Assembly: GCF_009914755.1 (NCBI RefSeq)
Contig: NC_060929.1
Reading direction: 5' to 3' (one strand)
Source: the human T2T-CHM13v2.0 reference genome, Homo sapiens
DNA: 64,000 nucleotides
The notes below the pieces were generated by a model that did no database searches, was not told the origin of the DNA, and saw nothing but the letters and a program-made list of their open reading frames with translations. A program made the position numbers and the translations under genes. How positions within the stretch are numbered: the stretch's first letter is position 1; every line of letters begins with the position of its first letter. Shown one piece after another: positions 24,914 to 48,095 of the stretch.

Positions 24914-25376
24914 TTAGAATGTGCAAGAAACTGAGCTAGAAACTGAGGAAGCCAAGGCACAGATCTTGTCCTCAGGTTGCTCATAATCTGTAAGGTAAAC
25001 CAGCAATTACACTGCAGTGTGGGAAGTTCTCTAAGAGAGTTACATTATGGAACTATGGGAGCCAGAGGAGAAAAGGAAGTCAAGGAAGGCTTCCTGGAGT
25101 AGGTGAGTCTTCCAATCCTGAAGTTTCAAGATTCTTAACATGGTGAGATGATAATTGTTATTATTTAAATAATACTGGAAAGTAAAACAGCTGTCTTAGC
25201 ACCTGGTGAGAGAGTGTCTCCAAAAGGATGCAGAATACTGCCTGAAGAGCACAGGTTTGTATTGAACTCAGACCTGGCTGCCCGTAGCACTCTACCTAAT
25301 CTTCATGGAATCCCTTCCCTCTGAAGGCCATGATAAAAAGACAGATTTTATTGAAAATGAAAGAGGACACCATTAA

Positions 25377-26077
<701 letters not shown>

Positions 26078-27034
26078 TTATGGAGTATGAGTTGGAGGAG
26101 GAAGACCAGAATCTAAAAACAAGATTAAATTTGCTTTACTAATGTAGTTAAACTGCAATCAAGTGGATGACTTGAGTAAAGACTACGTTCTGCTGTGGTT
26201 GTGGTCAGGTTAGCAACCCTCAGCAAGTCTTCAGGCTTGTCGCATTGATGTGGTCAAAATCACAACACATGAAGTGCAATTTTAACTTTGGAATTATTTT
26301 CTGTCTAAGCTTTTTCATAATGTTCTTGAAGGAGAAAAAAGTAATTCTGACTTTTCTGAGTCATTTTTATTTCCTTCTGAATTATTTCCTGATTGATAAT
26401 GATTTGTTTTTCTTTTATTTGTTTAGCCTAGCATGCTAAACCAAATCAGTAGTGACAGGGCCCCCAGAGCTGAGGATATCAAGAAAGATAAGACCCAACC
26501 TTGACCAAAGGAAGTCACATTTTACTAAGAAGAATTAGTCTGACACGGAGACAAGGATAATAAAAGATGACATAAGGAAAATACATAAGAGACACAAGTT
26601 CCTTGGTGTGCCTTTCCAGGCCCTGCAGGATCTGGTCTCTGTCCACCTCTCTAGAATCTTCTCCTGCCAGTCTCTCCCTCAATTTCTCACTCAGATTTGT
26701 TGGCTTATTCTAGTTCCTTCCAATAAGCCATCTTTTTCCTGCAATCTTCTCCCCTCTCTCTACTGTCCAAACATAAGTTTTGGGGACATATTTCTTGATT
26801 CCTCCCAGATTAAGTCAGAATCTCCAGCGATGCCCCTCCTCTCCCCTCTGCCCTTCTCCTAATCACCACTCGGTGTCTCTTTCCCCATGCAATCATGAGC
26901 TTCATGGAGACAAAGACTATGCTTGTCTGGCCCACCACTGTAGCAAGTGTTAACATTTTGCCAATGCTTTCACAGAAGATATCTTCCATGAAACATTTGT
27001 TAAAAAAAAAAAAAAAAGACAAAATCAAATGGAA

Positions 27035-27364
<330 letters not shown>

Positions 27365-27523
27365 TCATAATAAAACTTAACAGAAGTAGTAGCATTTGAG
27401 GTTGTCATTGAAGGGCAGAGAGGATTTCAATAGGAGATGGTAGAACAGGATTTGAACAGGAGATGATAGGGAACAGCATAAGCAAAGGTGCTGAGGCCAG
27501 TCAGGCATAGTGGTGCACACCTA

Positions 27524-27902
<379 letters not shown>

Positions 27903-28145
27903 GGGGGGAAAAATAGATCCTGAGGCCAGAAAGCAAAGAGTGTGAACGTTAAAACTGAATAGGACCTTGGAAATTACCCAGTTAACTCTGTCCCCATTTC
28001 CATTGGTACAGGAATTTTATCCTGTCATATTTTCACTTTGTTGAGGCTGCTTCCCAGCAGAGTGGGTGGATTCTAATGTATTCTAATGCTCTTTGGGGAG
28101 GAAAAAAAATCATATGACTAAGACTGCAAATAAAAAATGACTTAC

Positions 28146-28193
28146 CTGAAATGCAAAAAAGTCCTCCGCAGGCGCATTCATGATGTTGCAAAT
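28146..28193 (-). CDS. PDE6A: PDE6A exon 8 (48 nt)
   Basis: cag|ATTTGC...TTTCAG|gtaagt; ICNIMNAPAEDFFAFQ. Confidence 0.96.
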
Positions 28194-28425
28194 CTGAGAG
28201 CAGTGAAGGGGAATAATGAAGGTGTGATTAGGCCTGAGAGGGTGCCCAGTGAAGCACTGTATACCATTTTCAGAAACACCATGTTCTTGTCCAAGGCATT
28301 CACATTCTTTTCATCAGGTAGACATAGTCGAGACAGTTTTGAATTATTCACTGAGGCTACTAGACAGAAAAGTCACCTTATAAACATTACTTTTTATGAT
28401 TTGCTCCACTCTTGAATCATTTCTA

Positions 28426-28902
<477 letters not shown>

Positions 28903-29279
28903 CTACTGGTAAGGGATCAGATGACACTTATCTGATCTCCCCAGAGCACTGTGGGGCCACCGTGTACAGTTGTGTAATGTGTGAACTGCACACAGGCATC
29001 TGGCTGAGGGGCAACTGGGAGCTGAAATCCAGCCTGTGATCTGCTTGCAGCGCCATGACCTTGACCTTTCTTTAGTCATCCTTGAGAAACGGTGCCTTCT
29101 AGTTCTCAAAAAGGCACCACCTGGGCTTGTAGTGACCCTGCCTGACAACACAGGAGTGGGCTGTCTGTGGTCTTAGAGAGCAGGCTGTACCTGCTCCTTC
29201 CTGTCCAAGGACTGCCTGCTCACTGCACCAGCCTTCTGACCTCTCCTTTGACCAACTCTATCAGTTACTATCATTGTCT

Positions 29280-31270
<1,991 letters not shown>

Positions 31271-31714
31271 GACCTTTTTATTTTGTTTTATTTATTATTA
31301 TTTTTTTTTGAGACGGAGTCTCACTCTGTTGCCCAGGCTGGAGTGCAATGGCATGATTTCGGCTCACTGCAACCTCCGCCTCCCAGGTTGAGGTGATTCT
31401 CCTGCCTCAGCCTCCCAAGTAGCTGGGATTACAGGCGCCTGCCACCATGCCCAGCAAATTTTTATATTTTTAGTAGAGATGGAGTTCTGCCATGTTGGCC
31501 AGGCTGGTCTCCAGCTCCTGACCTCAGGTGATCCACCTGCCTCGGCCCCCCAAAGTTCTGGGATTATAGGCGTGAGCCACTGTACCCGGCCAAGACTATG
31601 CACCTTTCTACCTAAGGATTATTTATCTATGTATTTGATATTTCCTCAAATGTCAATTATCTGTTCATTCATTTAGACCAGTTGCCAACTGAATTGAGAG
31701 AAACAAGAGAATTA

Positions 31715-31948
<234 letters not shown>

Positions 31949-33602
31949 CTAAAGACTAAAATCTGGGTGTTTGCGCTCCCCCTGCTCTCAGGTGGCTCTC
32001 AGCACCTGCTTACATTCACTACACCTGACCAAACCCAAAATGTTGGCCAACCATCTTAATGTTCAAATCTAGACATGGAGAAAGGGTGGCAAATATAACA
32101 TTTTACTGTCTGCCCACCAAGTTTCACCATCTGAGAAAAGAGACAGCATTCATTCTACAGATTGTTACCTGCTGCTGAGCAGAAACAAACACCATCACTT
32201 CCCTCATAAAGTTAGAAGCTACTAATACTATGTAGAGAATGAAAAAATTCATCTATGGAGAATTCCTACCATGTGCTAAGCACTAAGCTAAGTGCATTAT
32301 ATACTTATCCCTCACAATACTATAATTTTTTGTATTATTACTTTTTGCTTGTTTGTTGTGAGAAAAAAACACACACATAAACAAGCATTAAAAACTTCAC
32401 CAATCATTAGGAAATGAACATTTATAAAACCACATGGACATCAAGAACAGCATTGTCAGCTCCTTGGAAGCCATTGACTTTCCCCCGCAATCATAACCTT
32501 CTCCCTAACCCCAAAGGTAACCATTATTCTGAAATTATGCTAAATTGCATTTTTGCTTTTTTGTAGAGTTTTAGCTTCTAAGCATGTTTTCCTGTACCTG
32601 TTAGTTTAATTTTGCTTATTTTTCAACTCATTTAGATGGCACTGTACAACGTATATTATTTTGTCTGGCTTGTCACGTTGCTGTAATTCATTCATTTTAC
32701 TGACTTACAGTGTTCCCTACACTACTGTAGCACAATCTATCCATTCAACTGTTGGTGGACATCCCCCATCCCTTCACTTAGGGGCTAATATAAACAGTGC
32801 TGCTGTCAACATTGGTGCATATGTGCTCTCAGTTCTACATGGTATATTCCTAGGAGAAGAAGTACTAAGTCATAAGATATTTGTATCTTCAACTTTACTA
32901 GATGAGGCCAAACTGTTTTCTAAAATGATTGTAGCAATTAACACTCCTATCAGTGGTCCATTAGAGTTTGCTTTGTTCTCCATCTCTGTCAATACTATTT
33001 TCAGACTTTTAAATGACAGTCCTTGTGGTGAGGTCTAGTGGTATCTCATCATAGTTTTCTTTCATATTTCTCTACAAAATTAATAAAATGGAGTAACTTC
33101 CATAAATGTATTTGTCATTTGCATTGTTTTTTTGTGAAGTTCCTCTGTTCATGTCTTTTACTCATTTTTAAAAATTACTTTTAAATTTACTTTTACTCAT
33201 TTTTTGTTCCTTAAATACTACTTTTACTCATTTTTGTTCCTTAAATATTAATTAGAACTCAGGCAGTGGTGTGTGCCTATAGCCCCAGCGACTGAGGAGT
33301 CTGAAGTGGGAGGATCACTGGAAACCAAGAGTCCAGGGCCAGCCTGGGCAACATAGGGGGACTCCATCTCTAAAAAATATAAATAAGTAAATATAAACCA
33401 CTAAGTAGAATTCACCTGTGAAAAAAATCTGGGTCTGGGTTGTCTTTGTGAGAAGGTTTTGATTTATTTTATTGTAATACATATTTTATTGTAATAAAAC
33501 TGTTATATTTCTTCTTGATTTTGTCAGTTTTACTATTAATTTTTTTCCTCTTATTCTTTTTTTCAAGATAGGGTCTTACTGTGTTGTCCAGGCTGTTCTT
33601 GA

Positions 33603-33860
<258 letters not shown>

Positions 33861-35194
33861 TAGAGACAGGGCAACCACTGGCAAGGCTGCTTTGAGCTGG
33901 CTATGTTCCTTGCCTGAAGGTCAATGCTTCTGTCAAGATGGTTTGCTCTACGAGACTCTTTTTTATTCCAGATTATGGAAATTTCCCTTTGGGGCCAGAA
34001 GTGGTAGTAGCTCCCCCACTAATAGCACATTCTCTTATGGTTCCCTTCATTCCACACACACCTTTGCAATTTGTCCCTCTGTAAATAAACCCTCACCGAA
34101 TTATCCTGGTTTGAATGTGACACCTATTTTCAGTTGAGACCCTGACTGATATGGATGGATGCATAGCTCATTACTTGTTCAGCCTTTTTACATTTAAACA
34201 TGTGCATTTGAGGCTGTAAATTTTACATTAAGCACAATTTCACTGCATCACACAGGTTTTTTATTTTTTACAGAGGCTTTAATATGTAATATTTTCATAT
34301 CTTTCAGCTCAGAATATTTTCTAATTTCCATTAATTGATTCTTTTATCCATAGGTTGTTTGGTTTCAGAAGGGTATTTCTTAGTTCCCAAGCATATGAGA
34401 ATTTCCTAATTAGCTTTTTGTTACTGGCTTAAAGCAGTGTTCTATCTATATTTATTAGGTTAAATTCATTAATTGGATTATTCAAATATTCTATATTCTG
34501 TTTGTTCATTTTAGTTTGCTCCTTAAGTCAATTAGCAAACAGATTCATCTATATCTCCTTGTATTTCTGTTAGTTTTTGTTTTATATTTTTTGAGGTCAT
34601 GTTATGAGGCGCTTGCAAATTTAGAATGGTAATATCTTCCTGTAATATTGAGGTAGATTGACCCCTTTATCATTAAGTGACTCTTTATCTCTACTAATGC
34701 TCTTTGGTATGTCTATTTTTCTATGATATTAACATGGTTATACAAGTTTTCTTTTGATTAGCATTTGCATGGTATGTCTTTTTTCAGTCTTTTATGTTCA
34801 ACCTCTTTGTATTCTCTTTCAGATTAGTCTCCTGTAAACAGGATATAGGATTTTTCATCATATCTTGGGAGTAATCATTGTTGACTAACTTTTGTATGTG
34901 CAGAGAAAGATTAAATGCTGCCAATTAACCTATAACGTAATCTATAATGCTTATCACTTGTAATTTTTACTTTATTCAGATCAACATTGCTCTTTTAGCA
35001 TTTATACACAGATTTTTTATCATATCTCACACTTTTTTCTGTCATTTTGTGCCAGTTAAGATAATTTTTCACTTCAATGCTGAATCATAGCATAATCTCT
35101 CTTTAAAATTATTTTACATGGCAATTGAATTCAATGTGAATAGCAACCAGCAATGGTTGCTCAACAATAACTATACTTACAACAATATGAATGG

Positions 35195-36026
<832 letters not shown>

Positions 36027-36902
36027 ATGGTTATGACCGAGTTCACACCTAGGCAATAACAACTTTGTCATGTCTGCCATGGCTAACAACGATCACACAA
36101 TTCTATTTCAGAAATGTCAAAAAGTAGAAAACAGCATCTTAGAATTAATGAAAGGTAATGTATTTCTTTCTTAACCAGGCTGGCAATCTTTGTCATTTAA
36201 CTTGAACATCTAGTTGATTTATATTTTTTTAACTTATTGGCCATTGCATCAGCTTATGCCTATAATCTGAGCACTTTGGGAGGCTAAGTTGGGAGGATTG
36301 CTTGAGCTCAGGAGTTTGAAGAAGCCAGCCTGGGCAACATGGTGAGACCCCATCTCTATTACCAAAAAAAAAAAAAAAAAAAAAAAAATTATTGGCCAGG
36401 CAAGGTGGCTCACGCCTGTAATCCCAGCACTTTGGGAGGTAGAGGTGAGAGGATCGCTTGAACCCAGAAATTTGAGACCAGCCTGGCAACATAGTGAGAC
36501 TGTCTCTATAAAACACTAACACGCTAATTAAATAAATAAAATTCAAATAATTGATATATTTGAATTCGAATTTCACCTTGATATGTACATTTTGTTTTCC
36601 TACCTGCTCTATGTTCTTCTCTCCTTCTTTCTCCCTCTCTTTTTTAGTGAAAGTGTCTCACTATGTTGCCCAGGCTGGAGTACAGTGGCTATTCACAGGT
36701 GCAATCATAGCTCACTGCAGCCTCAAATTCCTAGGCTCAAGCAATCCTCCTGCCTCAGCCTCCTGATTAGCTGGGGCTATAGACAGTGCATCCACATCCA
36801 ACATCTATGTTCTTCCTGAACTTTTATTTTGCCTTCCTTTGGTTTGATTAGTCATTTATTTACTATTCAATTTTCCCCTCTGTTAGTGTGGATGGCATAT
36901 AC

Positions 36903-38440
<1,538 letters not shown>

Positions 38441-38933
38441 GAGCATTCTTTCCTTTTCTTTTCACTGTCTTCCTTGGTCACACATGAGGGGACATTGAGA
38501 ATAGGCTTTCTGTGGGGGCTGAGTCAGTTCCTTTGCAGCTTCCTGCTTTTGCTTTGCCTCCTTCAAGTACCAGAAGAGTAGCACTGCAGAAAACAGTTGA
38601 AAATCCCTGATTTCATCCCAGTCTCATTCTATACATGGGACTCTAAGGTCCAGACAAACCACTTACTGGCCCTGGCTGTGAGATTGGGACTCAGAGCACC
38701 TGACTCACAACCTGGTCCACTGTAGCCCTCATCAAGGCTCTGGTCAAGTCTTCCCCCTTCTTGGGCCTCACTGCTCACCCTCTGAGTCTCTCTACCGTCT
38801 CACACTGCCTCCTTCCCACTCTCCCTGCCTCTAACCAACTGTGGGGTCTCATTGGATTTGGTCAGTGTTGATCTTGGAATGAGTATCTTTTGGAAGTTGA
38901 TAATGTGCCTGCAGTTTTCCATGTTTTGAGATG

Positions 38934-39452
38934 TGTTAAAATAAAAACTATAGGAGGCCCTTGTTTTGGACAAAGCTCTGCACCAAGCTCCAACAAACCA
39001 AACTAAAAATCAGTGTGGAGTCACCGTGATAACGTTCCACTTCACCAAATCTAAACTAAGTTGTTTTCTGATCCTCTTAGAGATTAGGAGAGAGGTAAAC
39101 GCCAATTTCCCAAAAAGTCCTGTTCCAGTCTTTAATAGGCATGATAATGAAGTTCCTCTGCTTTAATCCTTACACCAAAAAAAAAAAAAAAAAGGTAGCA
39201 GTAACCTGACATTAATCAGTTATTTTTCTATTGTTCTATCTCCCTCTCCCACCTTATAAGAAAAGTATCTTAAAAATGATTAACATGTTCTTTGATCTTT
39301 GCTTGTCTTTCTTCAGTCCTTCTCTGTCTATAAAGTCAACCTTGTCAGAACACTTATGTATTTTATGGAATGAAGTGTTGCCCAATTCCAGAATCACCGA
39401 TAAAGCCAATTGAGATCTTTAAGCTAATTTGTTGTCATTTTGTCTTTTGACA
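38934..39452 (+). mobile_element. Solo ERV1-type LTR, same family as 35195-36026
   Basis: tgttaaaataaaaactataggagg...tgtcttttgaca, TG..CA termini, imperfect TSD gatg/ggtg; colinear similarity to the upstream LTR. Confidence 0.8.
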
Positions 39453-39463
39453 GGTGAAACTTA

Positions 39464-39828
<365 letters not shown>

Positions 39829-40190
39829 AAAAAATTATACCTTCAAGAGTCAAATAGAAGTTCAACAGGAGTATGTCCCTGAAACCAACTTTGTCCTTTT
39901 ACCATCGTATGCCCCGTAGTTTTTGTTGTTTTAATAAATTAATGTTTTTATTGATATACAGTAGTTGTACATATTTTGCCCCATGGTTTTCAGGAAGTGC
40001 CAAGCCTGGCCATAAACTCCCTCCAAGGATGTGCCTGGGCTGCCTTCTGGTGCTCCCTGTCCTCTGCTGACCCTCAGAATTCAGCGTGCTTCACCTTGGA
40101 GGCAGCTCACAGTGATCAGGAAGAGGGCTGGGATCTGAGGCTGGGAAGAGGGATAGGAAATCCTCTAAGAGGATCTGGAGGTTGATTGTG

Positions 40191-40815
<625 letters not shown>

Positions 40816-43137
40816 AGTGCAAGAAGAAAGAGATAAAGACGGCTGCCAGAATCTAGGGAGATGGGGAAGTGGTCAGGAGGTTCCCATCCCATTTAAAATC
40901 ACAGCCAACCAGCCATCCTCCCTGCAGGGTGCATCTCTATGTCATGGCCCCATTTCTCCTTCATGCCTACCACTCAGCTGTTCTCTTTGCTGTGTCGTCA
41001 CTTCAGACCTACCTTCTCATCATGTTTCATGACCCCAAACTAACTCTCTGCCTCTTCCATCTCTCCCGCCTCCTTGCATTGTTAAAATTCCCATTCTCTT
41101 AAAGCAGAGCTCTTCAATTACATTACTCTCTAGCATGCAATTGGATGTTGGCATGTGACTCCATTCCCCTAGCTCTCCAGGGGAAATTCTATTACCTTTT
41201 TCTTAGGTCCTCTGTATGCCCAAGCGTGATGAGCAACTATTTCACAAATGAGAAAGCTGAGACACAGAGAGAGGAAAGGACTCACTTGTAGCAAGACAGT
41301 GAACCAAAATCAGAACCTGGGTCCTTAATTCCCAGCTCAGTGCTTTTCCTCTATGTCACCTAACGTTAACAGCTTAGTGTTTTACTGTCCGCATCACTGT
41401 CACCTTGAACAGGGTTGCTCAGAGTGTAATCCCTGGGCCGGTGCCTGTCTTGTGAACTCTTTACTATTCCAGGAGAAGATAAAAACAGAAACTGAGAGTC
41501 ACTTAGGAAGTTTTGTAACAATTTGACTGAGTTAGATCAGGTCTGTTTAATTGAATAAAAGGGGATATCTTTTTTTTTTTTTTTGTGACGGAGTCTTGCT
41601 CTGTCGCCCAAGCTGGAGTACAAGTGCAGTGGCATGATCCAAGTTTATATTTTGTCTGTCTTTATACAATTTTGTTTTTCTAGGAATATATTTTATCATA
41701 TTTTTAAAAGTAGCAATCAAAACATACTGGAGGCGTGACTCACTCTCTTGAGTATGCCTGCACTCCCCTTTCTTGAGTGTGTTTTTCACACACACAAAAA
41801 AAAATTGGAAATTTTTTTAAAAAGAAAAACCAAACTGTTCCTTTACTACAGGTATTTTGAGAAGTACCTCCCTAGAGATTTCAGTGCAGATACCTGGGCT
41901 CCACCCCAAGCCTCCCGACTCAGAACCTCCACAAAGAGGAATTCCTGAACCAGTTAAAGATGTCTGAAGGTCTGTTTGGTTGACGGGCAATCAGCAATGG
42001 TCAACTTCCAACTCATAAGGGAGAGGCTCTGCTGCTCAAAGCCTAGCATTGGCGGCAGCTGCACTGACTGAATACTTCTAGGAGGCGAGCTCTGGTTAAA
42101 CAAAAGGCAGAAGCTGAAACCACTCCAATGGCACAGGCTACCCCCAGGGGTAGTGAGCTCCCTAAAATAGGAAGCATCCAAGGGGAGACTAGATGAACGC
42201 TGAAATACAATAAATAAAATGGAGCTGAGACTAGACCTAGAGTGAGGATTCCTGTTCTAGTTTCGGTCCTACTATGGGTGTTCTCTAGGCCTCAGTTTCT
42301 CTGGCTGTAAAATTGGAATGGTGGTATGTGTTTGCTACAGCTGTTCAGTAGCAGCTCTCTTTCCCCAAGCAAAGCATGGAAGCTAATTATATGAAACTGT
42401 CCTAATGGAATCAGGGCCGGGTATATAGAGTCCCTGCCCCTTTGTTCTCTCTTACTCCCTTTCCTGTCCTCTTCCTTTTCTATTAACCCCTGGTCAAGGC
42501 AGCTACTGTGGAACTCTAAGGTTCTAAGGACAATGGGGGAGAAAGAAAATTGTTTTAGAAAATCCATAAAGACCCTCCAAGCTATGATTCTAAGGTTATG
42601 ATAAGATAGGTAGCAATATCTCTCAAAGATCAAAACAGACATATTATTTGACCCACATGTGGTGATGGATCCTAGAGATATACTCCCAAATGTGGGTAAA
42701 AGCATTTTTTGCCCCGTCCAAGGGTCTTAGCTAGACTGCTTTAAAAAGTCTGGAGATGATGTAAGGTCTCTTATTAGGAAAGTGGTTGTACAGTGGACAC
42801 CACACGTTTCCAGAGCAAGATTGCTGTGCCTGTGCTGAAAGGGAAAGGTGACAAAATATTCAGTTAAGTGAAAAAAGCAAGGCACAAAATAGAATCATAG
42901 CGTTAGTGCAGAGGGGTGGTGGTGGAATACGTATACTTCTCTGTGGATATCTGGATATACCTAAATGTTCCTGCAAAGAGAGTTTGCTAACAGCAGCTGC
43001 TTCACAGGGGCTGACTAGGAGGAAGGTGGCACTTAATTTCGTATGGAGTGAACTTTTCACTGTGCTCATATATTATTTTTCCAACATACAAACCAATTTT
43101 CTTTTTTTATATTTTTTATTTTGCTTTATTTTATTAA

Positions 43138-43266
<129 letters not shown>

Positions 43267-43777
43267 TAATACAGGCACGCGTCACCATGCCCGGCTACTT
43301 TTCTTTTTTTCTTTTTTTTTTAGTTAGAGACAAGGTCTCACTTTGTTGCTTAGGCAGGTCTTGAACTCCTGGCCTTAAGTGATCCTTCTGCCTCAGCCTC
43401 CCAAAGTTCTTGGATTATAGGCATGAACCACTGCACCTGGCACAACAAACTTTCTTAAAAATATTTTTAAATAGTCAAGTTGTACCCTATAAGCAGTTCT
43501 AGAAAGCAAAGGTGGCTGCTTTCTAGAACACTTATTTCCTAGGAGATAAGTTTCTGCCTGCGAGGGGGAGGAGGCAGAGTTCCAGGACCTTCTTGACATC
43601 TTTGTCTTGCCTTAGGGCCACCTGTCCTTGGGCCTGTGCTGCTCACTGTACTCCTGGCAGGCTCAGGGCTTCCTGGGCCTGGCTGCTGTCCTACCCAGGG
43701 ATTCCCACGAGAGTCTTTAGAAAGGTTAGAAATGGACATTTCTAGGCCGGGTGCGGTGGCTCGCGCCTGTAATCCTA

Positions 43778-44155
<378 letters not shown>

Positions 44156-44477
44156 TCAAAGTCTTTAAAGCCATATTCATGTACAAATTCACCAGCCTCT
44201 GGAAAGTCAAAACTGAGTCATCAAGAGTACCTTTGTTACCTTCTACCTGAGCAGCTGACACAAGGGGCTTTGAAAGAGCCACAGATACCCATGGAAATAC
44301 ACCACTTTTTAAAAGACTGCTATTTTTTTTTCCATGAAGGCTTTTTAGCCTGTATAACTTTTAAATATTTAAAACATACACACACTATTTTATTTTTAAA
44401 AGTAGATGAAGCAAGATGTAGCTGACACTGTGAGGCTTTCGACCTAAGATTCGGGAACATTAATTGGTTGGAATTCA

Positions 44478-44753
<276 letters not shown>

Positions 44754-44990
44754 CTAGAGAGGTTGATAAAAACAAAAATGAAAGCAGGGCACAGATGTAC
44801 ATAAAAGAGAGTGGTGGGGGCCGGGCGCAGTGGCTCACACCTGTAATCTCAGCACTGTGGGAGGCCGAGGTGGGCGGATCACCTGAGGTCAGGAGTTCGA
44901 GACCAGCCTGGCCAACATGGCAAAACCCTGTCTCTACTAAAAATACGAAAATTAGCCAGGTATGGTGGCAGGTGCCTGTAATCCTAGCTA

Positions 44991-45098
<108 letters not shown>

Positions 45099-45388
45099 TC
45101 AAAAAGAGAAAGTGGCGGGGACTGTGGCAAACTAGAGAACTCAGGCCACATCCCAAGGAGGTAGCTGCTACTCAGCTCCAATCAAATTTGCCCTGCTGGA
45201 TTGTGGGTCCAGTATGGATTAATCATCCACCTTTTCAAAAGAAACTGAGAATTCAGGTATTTATGGAAAGACTTTGATTTTTAAGGGTTAGCCGCCAATT
45301 TCCCAGCACTTTGGGAGGCCAAGGTAGGAGGATCACTTGAGCACTAGGAAGTCAAGACCAGCCTAGGCAACATACAAAGACCCTATCT

Positions 45389-45463
45389 GAGAGAGAAAGA
45401 GAGAGACAGAGAGAGAGAGAGAGAGAAGAAAAGAAAGAAAGAAGAAAGAGAGAAAGAGAGAAA

Positions 45464-45535
<72 letters not shown>

Positions 45536-45548
45536 AAAAGAAAGAAAA
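45389..45548. repeat. Homopurine (GA)n/(AAAG)n tract
   Basis: 18 perfect AAAG units at 45463-45534 within a nearly pure purine run. Confidence 0.95.
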
Positions 45549-46174
45549 TAGAAAACCTACGTAGCCAAGCAAGTGTATCTGTCAGCTGGAATTGGCTTTC
45601 TGGCTACCAATTTGTACATTATAGACTAGATATGAAGGTTTTCTAAGCTCATATTGTCTATAACTCTAAATTCCTGCAAGGTGAAGCCTTGAGTAGGTTG
45701 CTTGACCTTTCTGGGTCTCTTTCCACAGCTGTGAAATGAGTATGTTGGTCCCTGTTTGGTCTACCCCGCAAGGTTACTGTGAAACCCCAATAAGATATTA
45801 AACACTTAGCTTCTTGTTAGTATAGTGCTTAGAAAGAAAGAAAGAAAAAGGAAGGAAGGAAGGAAAGCAGGAAGGCAGGAAGGCAGGAAGGAAGGAAGGA
45901 AGGAAGACCACTTTGCAAATGTTAGGGATGTTAGGGCATGACAATTATGAGGAATTATTGTTGCTGTTTTTTTTTTACTTTTTTTCTCTCTGTTGTTTTA
46001 TTTTACTTTTAGCACCTGTCTGCTATTGAATATGAGAGATTATTCTAACTTCAAAGGAGACAACCCAACGCAAAGACAAATACCTATATGCTAATAAAAA
46101 ATCCTTTAACAGGGTTTACTGTGCCTTGCATTTGAATATATTAAATCATACTGAAAAGGTCAGAGAGAACGTAC

Positions 46175-46249
46175 TCTTCCATCCGGAGTCCTGGGACCAG
46201 AGTAAGGTGGAACTTCACCCATCAGAACCGGCCACACATCAAAAAATTC
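46175..46249 (-). CDS. PDE6A: PDE6A exon 5 (75 nt)
   Basis: tag|GAATTT...GGAAGA|gtacgt; EFFDVWPVLMGEVPPYSGPRTPDGR. Confidence 0.96.
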
Positions 46250-46792
46250 CTAGGAATGAGAAAAACAATAATTACATGTTTTGAAAAGAGATCAAGGAAA
46301 GGAGATTAAGATGTCCCACCTCCATGAGTCAGCTAACACTGAAATTTAGAAAGTGAGAAGAACTCAGTGAAACCTAAACTTGGAAAGGCAGTAAGACTCA
46401 CTACAGTTAGAAAATAGTCACATTTGCCCTTCAAAATATTGATGAACTGGGCCTGTCTAGTCATTAGCCAAAAACATGGGAGCTGAACTGGGGCACCCTC
46501 AGTGTTATTGGACATGAGAGGGAAAGCAGGGTCTTTACGGCTAAGAAATTCACCTTAAGACCATGCTAATATGTGCTCAAAGATTTAGCTAAAACAATGT
46601 CCCAAGCAGTATCATTTATAGTAGTGAAAAATTAGAGACAATATAAGTGCCCAAGAAGAAAGGACTTATTAAATCAATTATGGTACATCTATTAACAATG
46701 ATGTTACAGACGTGTGTGTGCTGATTGGAAAGATGATACACTGATAAGTGACAAATGTGAGAGGCCAAAAAGAATATATCATGTGACCCTAA

Positions 46793-47161
<369 letters not shown>

Positions 47162-47357
47162 TAACAAGTGATTTTCTCTGAGTGATTGGAATCAGACTGC
47201 AATTTATTTAGAAATTTTTCATAACAAACTTTATTGCTTTTGTAATCAGGAAAAAATATTTTTCACAAATAAGAAAGAAAAAAATGATATCAAATATGGA
47301 CAATAGACCTATATCTGGGATCCAATAAGAAAGGCTGACACCTGTAAGATAAGTGGC

Positions 47358-47745
47358 TGCTAAAGCAAAATACACAGGTGCCTTAGCCTGAGGCTATCTC
47401 TGTTCTTCCAGTTTCCATGTAATAATTTGAGCTCCTACAAAAGAAACTGCAACCTCAGTAGGCAAACAAACCAAAACCCAATTTAGGAGTATATTACTGT
47501 AACAAATGGTCGAGTTTCAACCAATCACAGGCAGCCCAACTGATCAGATCATGTCCAAATCAGACAAATGCCCTATTGTAACTAATCATGTTATTTCTAT
47601 ACTTTACTTCCATGTTCAGCTATGAAAGCTCACTGGCCTTGCTGTGCAGCAGAGCTCTTTGAACCTCTTCTGGTTTTGAAGGTTGCCCAATTCATGAGTT
47701 GTTCGTTGCTCATATAAACTCTGTTGAATTTGTTTTGTCTAAAAG
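47358..47745 (+). mobile_element. MER57-family LTR
   Basis: 3' part agcagagctctttgaacctcttctggttttgaaggttgcccaattc...taaactctgttgaatt resembles the recalled MER57 consensus. Confidence 0.65.
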
Positions 47746-47888
47746 TGGCCAAGGTCGGGCACGGTGGCTCACACCTATAATCCCAGCCATTTGGGAGGCT
47801 GAGGCGGATGGATCACTTGAGCCCAGGAGTTTGACACCAGCCTGAGCAACATGGCAAAACCCCGTCTCTACCAAAAATACAAAAATTA

Positions 47889-48032
<144 letters not shown>

Positions 48033-48040
48033 TCAAATAA

Positions 48041-48095
48041 ATAACATAACATAACATAACATAACATAACATAACATAACATAACATAACATAAC
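48041..48095. repeat. (ATAAC)11 pentanucleotide repeat in an Alu tail
   Basis: 11 perfect units; Alu TSD taaaagtggccaag at 47740-47753 / 48112-48125. Confidence 0.95.

Noticed and set aside
31972-31992. CTCF-like motif near exon 7 (minus AGAGCAGGGGGAGC)
   Set aside because: Lacks the conserved leading CC; too weak to call without data
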